Assembly: GCF_964188315.1 (NCBI RefSeq)
Contig: NC_135657.1
Location: 76,446,001-76,510,000, forward strand
Length of the DNA stretch: 64,000 nt
Origin: Podarcis muralis
Taxonomy: Eukaryota
Reading direction: 5' to 3'
In this document: positions 1 through 10,758 of the stretch, piece after piece
How positions within the stretch are numbered: the first letter of the stretch is position 1
How the letters are laid out: each line of letters begins with the position of its first letter
The notes under the pieces: model-generated
Seen by the model: the letters and a program-made list of their open reading frames with translations, nothing else
What the model was told of the DNA's origin: nothing
The model's database searches: none
Made by a program: the position numbers and the translations under genes

Positions 1-832
1 CTGTGTGTTTAGAGGATGAAGCAGAAATAAGTATTCTGCACCGTTTGCATCTGCTAAGCTACCCTTCTTGGGCAAGATCTGCCTGCATAGTTATTTGTAA
101 TTAATTTGCAAAGTACCTGAAATCTTGCAAAGTATTTGGTTTTGGTCTTCCAGTGCAGTTTCTGCAAAACATTGACTGCTGCAAGAACTGACCATGCTAG
201 ATAAAAGCAAATCGCTTTGTAATGCACTTTGCAAAAGTGCTAGCTAATTAGTTCGCGGATGGATTTCACACTGCATAAAGAGCTTTGCAAAGTGCTGATT
301 ATTTCACAGAGCATCCAAGCAGTATTTTACAATATTTTGTTTTGAACTAGTAAGCTAGGTAGTTGTTCATACAATTTCTTTGACCATGGAGGAAAAAAAG
401 TTAAAATACAGAGGAACTGTTAAGTAAAAAGGTTTTTTTTAAAATGGGACACTAGATTCTTTGTGTGATGGAAGGAAAGAGGCTAAGTTCACAATGTTCA
501 AATTCTCAACTTCAAAGTGTGTGTGTTGTTAAGCATGTTATTATTAGGTTTGCACATTGGCTGAGATGGTACACAGCAAAGCAGGCTGGACATTTTAACT
601 CTTTCTGAGACTTAGAAGGATATTTTACTTTGCTGTACAGCAGCAGGGTCTCCCACAAGTCTTTCCTTCAGTACATTTCCACCTAGCAATATTAGCTAAA
701 AGATTCTGACAAGTACTTTGTTCCTGAGATTACAGGGTATTAATAAAACTTAGAAGTCTCATTGAAATCCGTGAGACTTACCTTTGGGTAAACAGGCCCC
801 CAGAGCTCAATCCAATTCATCTACATAAATCT

Positions 833-1730
833 CATTGTGGCCTGGCTACAATGGCCTGGAGATGGCCGACAATGGCCTGACTGCAACAGCCACATTGGGA
901 TGGCCACATTGGCATGGCTGCAATAGCCTGGCAACAATTGACACAATGACCTCACCACAATTGCACTGCAACTATTGACACAATGGCCTGGCCACTATAG
1001 AAACAATGGCCACAAATGGACACAATGGAAAAATGCCAACAATAGCCAGGGCACAATGAACATAATGGCCTGCCACAATGGACATAATGGACACTGTAGC
1101 CTGGACACAATGGACACAACGGCCTGGCTACAATCAACACAATGGAAACCATGGGCACAATGGCCTAGCCACAATGGACACAGGAGACACCATGGACACA
1201 ATGGCCTTGCCTGAATGGACACAATGGAAACAATGGCCTGTCTACAATTAACACAATGGACACAATGGCTTGGGAACAATGGAGAGAATGGACACAATTT
1301 CCTGACCATAATTCACACATTGGACTGAATGAACACAATGGGCTGAAAAAAGTGACTACAATGGCCACAATGGCCTGGATAAAGTGGCCAAAATGAACAC
1401 AATGGCCACAATAGAAATAATGGACACAATGGCCTGGACATAATGGACACAATTGACACAATGAGCTGGCCACAATGGAGGGAAAAGACAGACTGGACAC
1501 TATGACCTGGCCATGATGGGCACAATGGAAACTGTGGTCTGGCTACAAATAGACACAATGCATAAAATAGGCACCACAGCCTTGCCTCAGTGGACACTAT
1601 GGACACAATGGACTTGGCACAATAACCCCAATAGCTATTGTGGCCACGATGGCTTGGACACAATGGGCACATGAGACACATTGGCCCTGTCACAATGGCC
1701 ACAATAGCCACATTGGCCACAGTAGCCATT
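833..1730. repeat. Degenerate minisatellite of 9-10 bp units (ggacacaatg / ggccacaatg / tggcctgg)
   Basis: Dozens of visible acaatgg variants. It explains the overlapping His/Asn/Gly-rich and Cys/Val-rich ORFs on both strands. Confidence 0.9.
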
Positions 1731-1857
1731 CTGGAAGTTGGGCAATAGGGGCAGTACAAGATTCCCACTAGTATACCAACCTACCCACTGCACCAAGGAT
1801 TCCCTGCCTGAGCTTCCCAAGCTCCTTCAGGTTTTTGGCCCTTTTCTTGTTACTCCA

Positions 1858-2255
1858 GTTTGAGTGTTGGTTGCTCATTTTGGGGGGCTGTTCAGAAGGC
1901 AGTGTTTATGACACAAAACAGCACGCCTCTATGGCACCAGTTTGGAGACAATCGCACAAGGTTGGGTTTGAGGGTGTCCCTATGGCCCCCGGGTTGAGTG
2001 TCAATTACTCAGTTTGGGGGGTGGCATAGAAAGCAGGGTCTGTGGCACAAAATGACACAAAACTAGCACAAAGCTTTGGCACTTGTTTGGAGTCAATTGG
2101 ACAAGGTTGCATTTTTTGGCATTAACTCGTGACCCCGATTTGCTAAGTCAATTGCTTGCTTGGGAGGGCAGCAGCACAAAATGTGGGGTTCACAGCTCAA
2201 AACAGAACAGAATTAGCACAAAAAAATTGGTATCAGTTGGCGGGGGAATCCAGAA
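1858..2255. repeat. Three degenerate ~140-bp tandem units related to the right half of the MITE at 3007-3245
   Basis: The motif ttgagtgt..ttactcagtt..gggg..gcagggt..cacaaaa..ctagcac..ttggca.cagtttgg recurs near 1860, 1995 and 2150, and again at 3100-3210. Confidence 0.6.
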
Positions 2256-3006
2256 TTGTGGCTGTCAGAAGGGGGGGGGTAGTGCTTTGTTGTTTTTATT
2301 TTAATTATTTACTTGTGTGTTTACCTTGTATTTTATTCTGTGAACTGTCCTGAGGTCTTGTGAGGAAGGGTAGTATATAAATAAATAAAACCAATTGGAA
2401 AATGCAATAATGTCAACAATATGGCAAGAGAGAGAGATAGATAGAGGCGGGGGGGGGGGGTGTTCAGAAGACAGAGCAAAGACATTACCTGGGAAAATAA
2501 GGCATCAGATAGGCGCGTGCACATTTTAGATCAGATGCCTGTTTCATTTACACTGGATTACTTTAAAATGTAAAAACAAAGATGGGCTGCATCTGGTAAA
2601 ATTTGGGGATGTTTGAGAGGCAATGAATGGTGTTTAAATCTAATCTGATTAGGCAAACTGAAGGATAAAATAAAGCTGAAGAATCTTTCACATACCAGTG
2701 CCAGATGTTTTATGAGCTTATAATTGCTCTTAGCACCTGGCGCCGTCAGACAGGTTCCAGATCATGCAGGGTGAACAATTAGAGAGAATCATGAACAGAG
2801 AATTCATGTGGGGCACACTCTATTTGTGATGCACGGTAACAGCCCAAAATACCTGCTGCTTCCTGCAGCAGTTCCCTGACCCTATATTAATCAGGAACGT
2901 TCTAACCAGGCTCTGAAAATGACTTTGACCAATCCGAATTTCTCATTTGTCTCATTCTATATCTCCATACTTGGTTTCTGCAGAATAAAGGGTAGCGCTG
3001 AAATGA

Positions 3007-3245
3007 ACTCCATTAACACCTGACCCCAAAATGTCAAATCCTCACCCCTGAACGGATGCCAAAGTTTAGTGCTAGCCATTTTGTACCAGAAACCCCATTT
3101 TTGAGTGTCAGTTACTCAGTTCATGGGGAAGGGGCAGCAGAACGACATGCAGGGTTCACAGCACAAAACAGCCCTAAACTAGCACTAAACTTTGGCATCA
3201 GTTTGGGAGGGGTCCAAATTTTCGGGGTCACATGTTAATGGAGCT
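3007..3245. mobile_element. MITE with ~65-bp terminal inverted repeats (TIRs), possibly MULE/Mutator-type
   Basis: The left arm ctccattaacacctgaccccaaaa...gatgccaaagtttagtgctag is the reverse complement of the right arm ctagcactaaactttggcatc...ggggtcacatgttaatggag. Flanking direct repeat gctgaaatga (2997-3006) / gctaaaatga (3246-3255). Confidence 0.75.
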
Positions 3246-3359
3246 GCTAAAATGATCATACCAGATTCTTTTGTTAAGTAAACAGGGTTGTTAAAATCTG
3301 TGAACTGTCCCCCTTGTTCTGTAAGTTAAAGGCAATATGTTATCAAATAAATTAAATAG

Positions 3360-3720
3360 GTAAAGGTAAAGGTACCCCTGCCCATACGGGCCAGTCTTGA
3401 CAGACTCTAGGGTTGTGCGCCCATCTCACTCTATAGGCCGGGGGCCAGCGCTGTCCGCAGACACTTCCGGGTCACGTGGCCAGCGTGACAAGCTGCATCT
3501 GGCGAGCCAGCGCAGCACACGGAAACGCCGTTTACCTTCCCGCTAGTAAGCGGTCCCTATTTATCTACTTGCACCCGGGGGGTGCTTTCGAACTGCTAGG
3601 TTGGCAGGCGCTGGGACCGAACAACGGGAGCACACCCCGCCGCGGGGATTCGAACCGCCAACCTTTCGATCGGCAAGTCCTAGGCGCTGAGGCTTTAACC
3701 CACAGCGCCACCCGCGTCCC
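3360..3720 (-). mobile_element. Sauria-type (Squam1) tRNA-derived SINE, full length, young
   Basis: Minus strand starts GGGACGCGGGTGGCGCTGTGGGTTAAA and ends in (ACCTTT)n. 15-bp TSD aaataaattaaatag (3345-3359, 3723-3737). CpGs retained. Confidence 0.95.
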
Positions 3721-4025
3721 ATAAATAAATTAAATAGACGGAAGCAATTTGCCTGTATGGCAAAGGAGGACATGTATTTATTTCTGCTCTTCTCCCCTAG
3801 CTAGAGGTGTTAACATTTTTGTGTGAAAGAACACACAAGACTGGTAGCTATGGAGACACACACATTGAGAGACAGAAGCCGAGAGCTCTGGAATGTAATA
3901 ATCATTTGGGACTGGCCACCACACTTAGAAACCTGATGAAGGAGCAGTTGATTTGGGGCATCTGTTGGAGTTAAACTGTATCTTTGCCTCTATTCAACCT
4001 GTATGTATTTGTCAATAAATTACAT

Positions 4026-4137
4026 GGGTGGCATTTAAGGCTACTCAAAGTAGACTTATTGAAGTTAATGGACATGACTAACAGGTTGATTAATTTCAAT
4101 AGGTCTACTCTGAGCCAGAGTTATTTGAATATAACCC
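4026..4137. mobile_element. Old palindromic MITE
   Basis: Inverted arms ctactcaaagtagacttattgaagttaat / attaatttcaataggtctactctgag. A similar element lies at ~35060-35170. Confidence 0.6.
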
Positions 4138-4509
4138 TATATTTAAAACACCCCCCCCCCCCACAAGCCTCCTGTGACCTCATGCCAAGGAAATAGAACC
4201 TCGGCATATACTGCTCAGGGAATTGTGGGGAGCTTAGCAATACTTTTCATGCCCAGAGACAGTGCAAACTAGATGGACCTTTTTGTTTACAAAGATTTCT
4301 TTTAATTATTATTTTGTTCACTGATGCCAATTGGATCAAGATTCCGTGCTTATCTTTTCCCGTTTGTTTTAACTCTAGGCTTCCAAAGAGACTAATTATT
4401 CTTGACAAAGGTACAGCTGTTATATAACTTGGCTTCACGCTTGTCTCTTTGTACCATTACTTAGTTTACATGTTGATTTCTGGCTTGCTCTCAGATTTTG
4501 TATCAGGAA

Positions 4510-4635
4510 ATTTTTTATGTCTGATGTTTTACAATTTTTTTATAAGCACTGTAAGCCACCCAGAGGAGTGGCTGGGGAAACCCAGCTAGATTGGTGGGGT
4601 ACATATTATTATTATTAGTAGTAATAGTAGTAGTA
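4510..4635 (+). mobile_element. L2-type LINE 3' tail
   Basis: gtaagccacccagaggagtggctggggaaacccagctagat..ggggtacata followed by (att/agt)n. Same family as the tails at 29018 and 56790. Confidence 0.75.
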
Positions 4636-5221
4636 GTAAAATCTCATCTTTTGTTTCTTTGAAGAATCAGGAAGCAGACAGCCTGGTGCATTATCTCATT
4701 ACAGTATTAAACAGTAAAAAATGGGTCAATTCATTTGGAAAACAAAACAAAACCAGAAAGACCTAGCATGCACCATCTTAACCATTGGAGGACAACAGAG
4801 AAAGAGATAATTTTATGTAAATTCCAGCACAGACTTTGTGTATAAGCAGTAATTTAATAATGAGAAGAGTGAGCTTGAAATAACCCTTCCACCCCCACCA
4901 CCAGCAAGCTGCAAACAGAGCACTAAATATAGTTTTAAGCTGAGGGAATATATTTGTGCCTTTTACAATTTCCTGCCTGTAGCCATCAGCTTGATGCCAT
5001 TTGTTGTCAATTTCACACTAGGAAGTCATGTGAAACTGTGAACAGAGAGCAGGATAGATTAAAACTACACTTTAAGACATTCTTACAAACTGCTGAGCAT
5101 GTAGTGTTTTCATTGAGTTGCAAAATTGACACAACTTGAAGTTTGGAGTCTGGGTGAATCCTAGTCATGTTAAGCTCATCAACTTTTTTGGGGGTATGTG
5201 TGTGTAAAGTATCATATTTAT

Positions 5222-5305
5222 GAGGGCATAGAAAGAGATCAGGCTGATAGCCCATCTAGTCCAGCATCCTCTTCTCACACTGGCCAACCAGATGCTTGAG
5301 GGAAA
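5222..5305 (-). mobile_element. CR1 LINE 3' UTR fragment
   Basis: cccatctagtccagcatcctcttctcacactggccaaccagatgc is the reverse complement of the CR1 3' end seen at 28010-28070. Confidence 0.75.
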
Positions 5306-5321
5306 CATGGCCAAGTCCCAT

Positions 5322-5680
5322 CAAAAGAGGTGGAGATGGAAAGAAGACAAGGTCCCGTCCAGAGAGGAATGGCAAACCAAGTTGATGGACTACACCGAAA
5401 TGGCAAAGCTGATTGGAAAGCTCAGAAACCAAGACAACAAAAACTTTAAGAAAGAATGGGGGGAAATTACCATTTATTGTAAGCAGATGAAAACATTGGC
5501 AGGATTTTAATAACACTTGTCATGTAGCAATTATTATGGACAATATGGACAGATATAAAATATGGTCTACGAAACAATATGCAGTTGAAAATCTCTAAAT
5601 GAGGATATTGATTTGGTTTTGTTATAACTCTACACTTGCAAAATCAAATAAAAAATATCTTTAAAAAAAGAAAAAAGAAA
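5322..5680 (+). mobile_element. L1 LINE 3' fragment (ORF2 C-terminus, 3' UTR, A-rich tail)
   Basis: The frame RWKEDKVPSREEWQTKLMDYTEMAKL resembles the L1 ORF2 end and the L1 at 29.6 kb. Ends in aataaa and an A-rich tail. Confidence 0.8.
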
Positions 5681-5702
5681 GTGGTAGAGATCTTATTTCT
5701 TT

Positions 5703-6130
5703 AGGGAAACAGGAACTGCCTTATACTGCACCAGACTATTAGAAGAGTTTGGATTTGATATCCCGCTTTATCACTACCCTAAGGAGTCTCGAAGCGGCTA
5801 ACATTCTCCTTTCCCTTCCTCCCCCACAACAAACACTCTGTGAGGTGAGTAGGGCTGAGAGACTTCAGAGAAGTGTGACTAGCCCAAGGTCACCCAGCAG
5901 CTGCATGTGGAGGAGCGGAGACGCGAACCCGGTTCCCCAGATTACGAGACTACCGCTCTTAACCACTACACCACACTGGCCACATTAGTCCATCTAGCTC
6001 AGTATTAGCTACACTGACTGGCAGCAGCTGTCCAGGGTTTCAGAAAAGGAGTCTTTCCCACTCCTATCTGAAGATGCTAGCAGTTGAACCTGGGACGCAA
6101 AGGTGATGCTCCGCCACTCGGCTATGGCCC
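5703..6130 (-). mobile_element. Old tRNA-derived SINE split by a younger SINE (pieces 5703-5740 and 5981-6130)
   Basis: aggaactgccttatactgcaccagac | cattagtccatctagctcagtatt...gttgaacctgggac...gctatggccc reads as one element. Relatives at ~42700-42865 and ~60620-60730. Confidence 0.75.
5741..5980 (-). mobile_element. MIR/Ther1-derived squamate SINE (Squam3-type)
   Basis: tRNA head GCCAGTGTGGTGTAGTGGTTAAGAGC with B-box GGTTCGCGTCTCC and a (CTT)n tail. Nearly identical to 57065-57315. Confidence 0.9.
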
Positions 6131-6284
6131 TTCAGCTCGCTTATTGAGTTAAGATATTTTTTATCCTGAAATTCATACTAAGGCACAGCAAGACAGCTAT
6201 GAAAAACAGTATTAAAAATAGCACAACATGTACATAAAATAACCACAGTACAGTAGTACTTACGTCTTCAGACAATGAAAACCT

Positions 6285-6298
6285 TGCCCTCTAGTGGC
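6285..6298 (-). promoter_or_regulatory. Candidate CTCF binding motif
   Basis: Minus strand reads GCCACTAGAGGGCA, matching the CTCF core CCASYAGRKGGC, in non-TE sequence. Motif match only. Confidence 0.4.
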
Positions 6299-7624
6299 TC
6301 TTATCTTACAACAGAATTTAAGAACAATACTTTGCTTTTTAGCAAGTCTTTAATTCCCAGAGGAATTTGCTGATAAACCCCTTCAAAAAGGAGGACGAAT
6401 TTAAAGACCTTTGCACTTAGTTTTCTATTTCAAAGCAAAGGAGTTTCTCAATCTTCTTTAAAAATGGCTGATTGCATTTTTAAAGGAAATACAAATCCAA
6501 TAATCTCCCATGACATGCATTTATACAGACAAACTTGTAAAGTATCAATTTATAATTTCATTTATTGAAACAGAATGAAATATTCTAATATTGAAATAGA
6601 ATGAAAATGCCTACAAAATACATTATCAGTAAAACTTTTCTGTATATTGAAAAGCCTGAAATAATACTAAATAGGCACCCAGCTGTTGAATTTCCAACGA
6701 GGCATTGATACTTTGCTTATCTAAATAAAGCATGTTGTGTGAGATCAATGAATTTGTTTCCCCCCCTTAGGACAGTAAATGCATTAGGCCATTTTAAGGG
6801 AAACTGGCAGAGCCTCTTTGCTTTGAAATCTTCTGTATGTTGTTTATGGTTCTTTGTCTAAAACGAATTCTGTGAAAACAGTGACACTCCATGGCCAGTA
6901 AGAATAATACCAAACATTGCTTTAGTATACAGGATACTTACAGAATCCGTAAGGAAGAACCCTTTAAATCTGCAAAAGGCCAACCTACCCTATTTCTAGT
7001 GAAGGACTTATTTCAGGAAAGAGTCACATGTCAACCTTCCTGTTTTTCTACTGTAATGACAGCACATTTTCCCCCTGCACTTCCCAGCACAGTCCGTCCT
7101 TTCCCTCCACCAACACCCCACTTAGACATGTTCACAAAGGAGGGAACCCCTGATTTAATACTTCTGAGCAGAATAAAATTTATTTGCTTGCATTCTTCCC
7201 TGCTTCCACCACTTGCTCAACTGTCACTGTCCCCAAGCAGCAAAGAACTCACTTTGGGGGGCAGGATTAATGGATGACAGAGAGACAGGGTAGCATGTCT
7301 CCTTCAAATATATAGCATGTTCCTTCAAATACGGGTGTGCGAACCTGCTCTCCTTCCCTAGTCCTTTGTAAAGTGAAGACAGTAGTTTAATCCTTTAATG
7401 TTTGTTTTGTTTTGTTCTTTTTAAAAAATCAGTATCATGATGCTGGCATGTTCTACTGAGCATAATGGGGATCAGAGCAATTGGAATATCATATAACAGA
7501 AAAAGACACAAGGACTGTAGAAAGAGTTGGAAGAATGAGAAATCTAGTGAGTGTCTCCCAATGGGCGTTCCCTGTTGGATGTAGTATGCTTCTGAACACT
7601 AGTTGCTGGAAACCACAAGAGGGT

Positions 7625-7752
7625 AGAACTCTGGTACAGTCAGGTTGTCCTTGAGGGCTTTTCACAGGCATCTGTTTGGCCACAGTGACAACAGGGTTCT
7701 GGATTAGATAGGCTATTTGCCTGATCCAACAAGCCTCTTCTTAAGTTCTTAG
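7625..7752 (+). mobile_element. CR1 LINE 3' end
   Basis: caggcatctgtttggccacagtgacaacagg..ctggattagat..cctgatccaacaagcctcttcttaagttctta. Confidence 0.75.
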
Positions 7753-8691
7753 GTTCTTCTGCCTTCCTACTCATCCTACTTGATCAGATGATTCCTCTCC
7801 CTGGAAGATGGAGAAAAGGAAGCAGACAGTTAAAAGAACTAGGCATTTCATGCATCCATTTTTGGGGAGTGAGCACAAGATTGGTTGCCCATTTTAACTT
7901 GTCACTAGCCCTCTTCAGGCAATATAGGTAAAACAGGACAGTGGGGATGCACATTTAGCGATATCTCCTGGAGCATCATGATTCCCCATGGCCCATCATG
8001 TGGTTACAGTGAGCTTCTGGCGGGGAGCCTTGTGTGTCCATGGAAGCCACTTGTGCAACTGAGAACCTTGGAAGATCAGGGTTCTCAATCACATTATGCA
8101 TGGGATGCGTGCATAAATACACAAGACTTGCAATAACAGATGCTCCCTGTAATCACATGAAGAACTGAAGGCTGGCCTAAGCACAGATCCCTGCAGTGCT
8201 GTTCTACCCAAGTTCCAGTTTCTGGAATGAATGGCTGAAGAAGGCTGGTATGAACATGAGATCTTTCTCAGTTGTTGTGGCAACTAAGTAGTTGCATTTG
8301 CACCATACGTTACCATTAGCTACATACCCACCCAGTCTTTGTCTTTAGTATTCATGATATGTTTTCCATTTGTTGAAAAGAAATTGGAAGTAATTGAAAC
8401 ATTCCAAAGATTCGCAATTTCATTAGCACTTGATGAGCTGTCACAGAATCAAGAAGTACATAACACAATTGCTACAGATAACAACACACAAGTTAATAAA
8501 CCCTTCTAATTTTAATTTATTGAAAATGTCTCTCATCACATTTTCCCATGCTGTTTTTATTTATTTATTTTTAAAATATTTTTTATTAAAGATTTTCTTT
8601 GTTCACAAGAGTTTTCAGAGCCTAATTAAAGCGGCCAGAGCTATTTGTGCCTGAGAAGTCCTTGAGGACTTTGGTGAAATAGACTAACATG

Positions 8692-8818
8692 CAGGGCTTT
8701 TTTTTTTAGTTGGAACTTGCTAGAACTCAGTTCCAGCACCTCTCAGGTGGGTGCTGTTGACATTATAAGAGAACAAGGGAGGCATTCTGGCACCTCTATT
8801 TCCATAAAAATAGCGCTG
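8692..8818. mobile_element. hAT-type MITE
   Basis: Termini cagggcttttt ... aaaaatagcgctg, with internal gttccagcacctc repeats. No clear TSD. Confidence 0.6.
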
Positions 8819-9180
8819 TGGAAAAAATATTTTTATTCCCATATGGACACTGGATATCAAATGCAGAATTCAAACACTTCCTGAATGATGCTGCGCAGCT
8901 CTTAGTTCTGTACACTTGTGTTAGGGCTGAACTGTAGGCAGCTATCCAGAATGACCCAAGCAGCCAGGTACTGGGAACCAGCCAGAGCACAAAAAATGGG
9001 CTAAAGATGGTTGCAGCTGAGGGCAAGATGGGGGTCACAATAAAAAAATAAGCAGAAGCAGACAACAAAGGACAAATAGGAAGGCAGGTTGGGTAGGAAG
9101 GTAGGTTGGAAATCAGGACTGAAAAGCTAGTGAGAAGTCAATGCATAAGCCAGGGTTGTCACGGGAAAGAACTTGCCCCC

Positions 9181-9483
9181 TGTTAAGTTGTGGGTGAACA
9201 TATCAGATGACACAGCGATTTCTCCAAAGCAGCTCTTTATTTGTAAGCTGGAACAGAACTGAACTGAAGGGCTCAGTCAGCCTGCTTATATAGAGCTCCA
9301 GAACCTCGTTACTGTAACAACTTTCTAAAACTATCCAATCACTGGACGTCACTTTCGATCCTTCATTTGCATAACCATCTACAGTATCCATCCAATCACT
9401 GGACGTCACTTTCGATCCTTCATTTGCATAACTATCTACAGTATCCCCCTGCTGGCCCAGGGTGAGAACTTCAGTACATAACA
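9181..9483 (-). mobile_element. Solo LTR (303 bp) with duplicated enhancer unit
   Basis: TGTTA...TAACA termini and TSD ccccc (9176-9180, 9484-9488). Minus-strand TATA (~9286) and AATAAA (~9237). 57-bp tandem duplication at 9333-9446. Confidence 0.85.
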
Positions 9484-10585
9484 CCCCCAACTTCGCTCTC
9501 TCTCTGTTTTGTGTGTGTATTCCACAGCATGTCATTGATGCAATAATAGTGTGTTCATGGCAGATTTATACTACATTATTGCCATCTGGAGGGGGACTAA
9601 CACAAGGGGGTGATACCACAGTAATGATGACTGGCTTATCTGTACAAACACACTCCACACATGCAATGAGCAAATGGACACCCAGGAAGAGCTGACAGTG
9701 TAGAAAGGCAAGATGGAAAAACACTGAGGCTATGTGGAGAATCAGTTGGGAATACACATTTTTTTATTTAAAATTTTTAAGCTTCACCTTTCCACTAGAA
9801 TGGCCCTAAAGATAGCTTATCAATCAAGATCAGCATACTACACAGCTCCCAGTTTGGTATACACTGCTGGGACCAGAACTACAAACTTTCAGATATGTGT
9901 GCAGCTGCCTTATGTATTGGTCTTTAATGCAGAGACATTGTTGATGTGTCTATTCATGCTTTATACGTGGTGCAGAGTTGCCAGGGATATTTCAGTTTCC
10001 TCTGCCCATTTCTCAAGACATTGTTGTGTTATTACTTTTCTCTAAGTTGAACATAGTATTGAAGTTGTAAGTTTAAGTGTACACATGCTATATTTCATTG
10101 CATAGTGTTTAAATTGTTGTAAAAGAAGCTTTAGGCAGAGAGTCAGTATTATTCAATAGGGTGTGCTACATCATCTTGTGACTCATCCACTGACTTTGTC
10201 ACAAGTTGAACGCACAAGACAATGAAGAGAGGTGTGCTTCTCTGTCTTTATATACTATGGGCAGGGAAGCATAAGGAGTTGTGTTCTTTAGGTAGTGTCT
10301 CCTTCTGGTGTGTTACAGCAGAAAGTCCCAGGAATCCCTTCTGCTCTTAAAACAGCATGGTCTTACTCTGGAATCAGAAGAAAAGATTTACTGAACTTTA
10401 AAAGACTGTAATTCATTGCTAATACACAATGTATTCTTTTTTGTTGTTTGGTAACACTTACTGATTGCAACTAAATGTTTAAAAACCAAGTTCGGCAAAT
10501 AAACCTTAAATACTTACTTATTGTGGTGGAGAGAATTTATTTCTAAACAAGAGTCAGAGCAGAAGCTTTCAGTTGGCCCTATATC

Positions 10586-10758
10586 CAGTGCTTTTTTTTC
10601 TTAAAAAATGTTTAGGGTACTCTCATTTTGACTCAAGAAAACTCCCATTTTATAGTTCAAATTGGGAAAAATAAATACAGCAAATGGACAAAAGTACAAA
10701 GATTCACAAAATGTTTATGGGTATGCTTACCCCTGTGTACGCCCAGAAAAAAGCACTG
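10586..10758. mobile_element. hAT-type MITE
   Basis: TIR cagtgctttttt / aaaaaagcactg. 8-bp TSD cctatatc / cctatata. Confidence 0.85.

Noticed and set aside
952-1768. His/Asn/Gly-rich and Cys/Val/Pro-rich ORFs on both strands
   Set aside because: They are translations of the minisatellite, with no splice or domain support.
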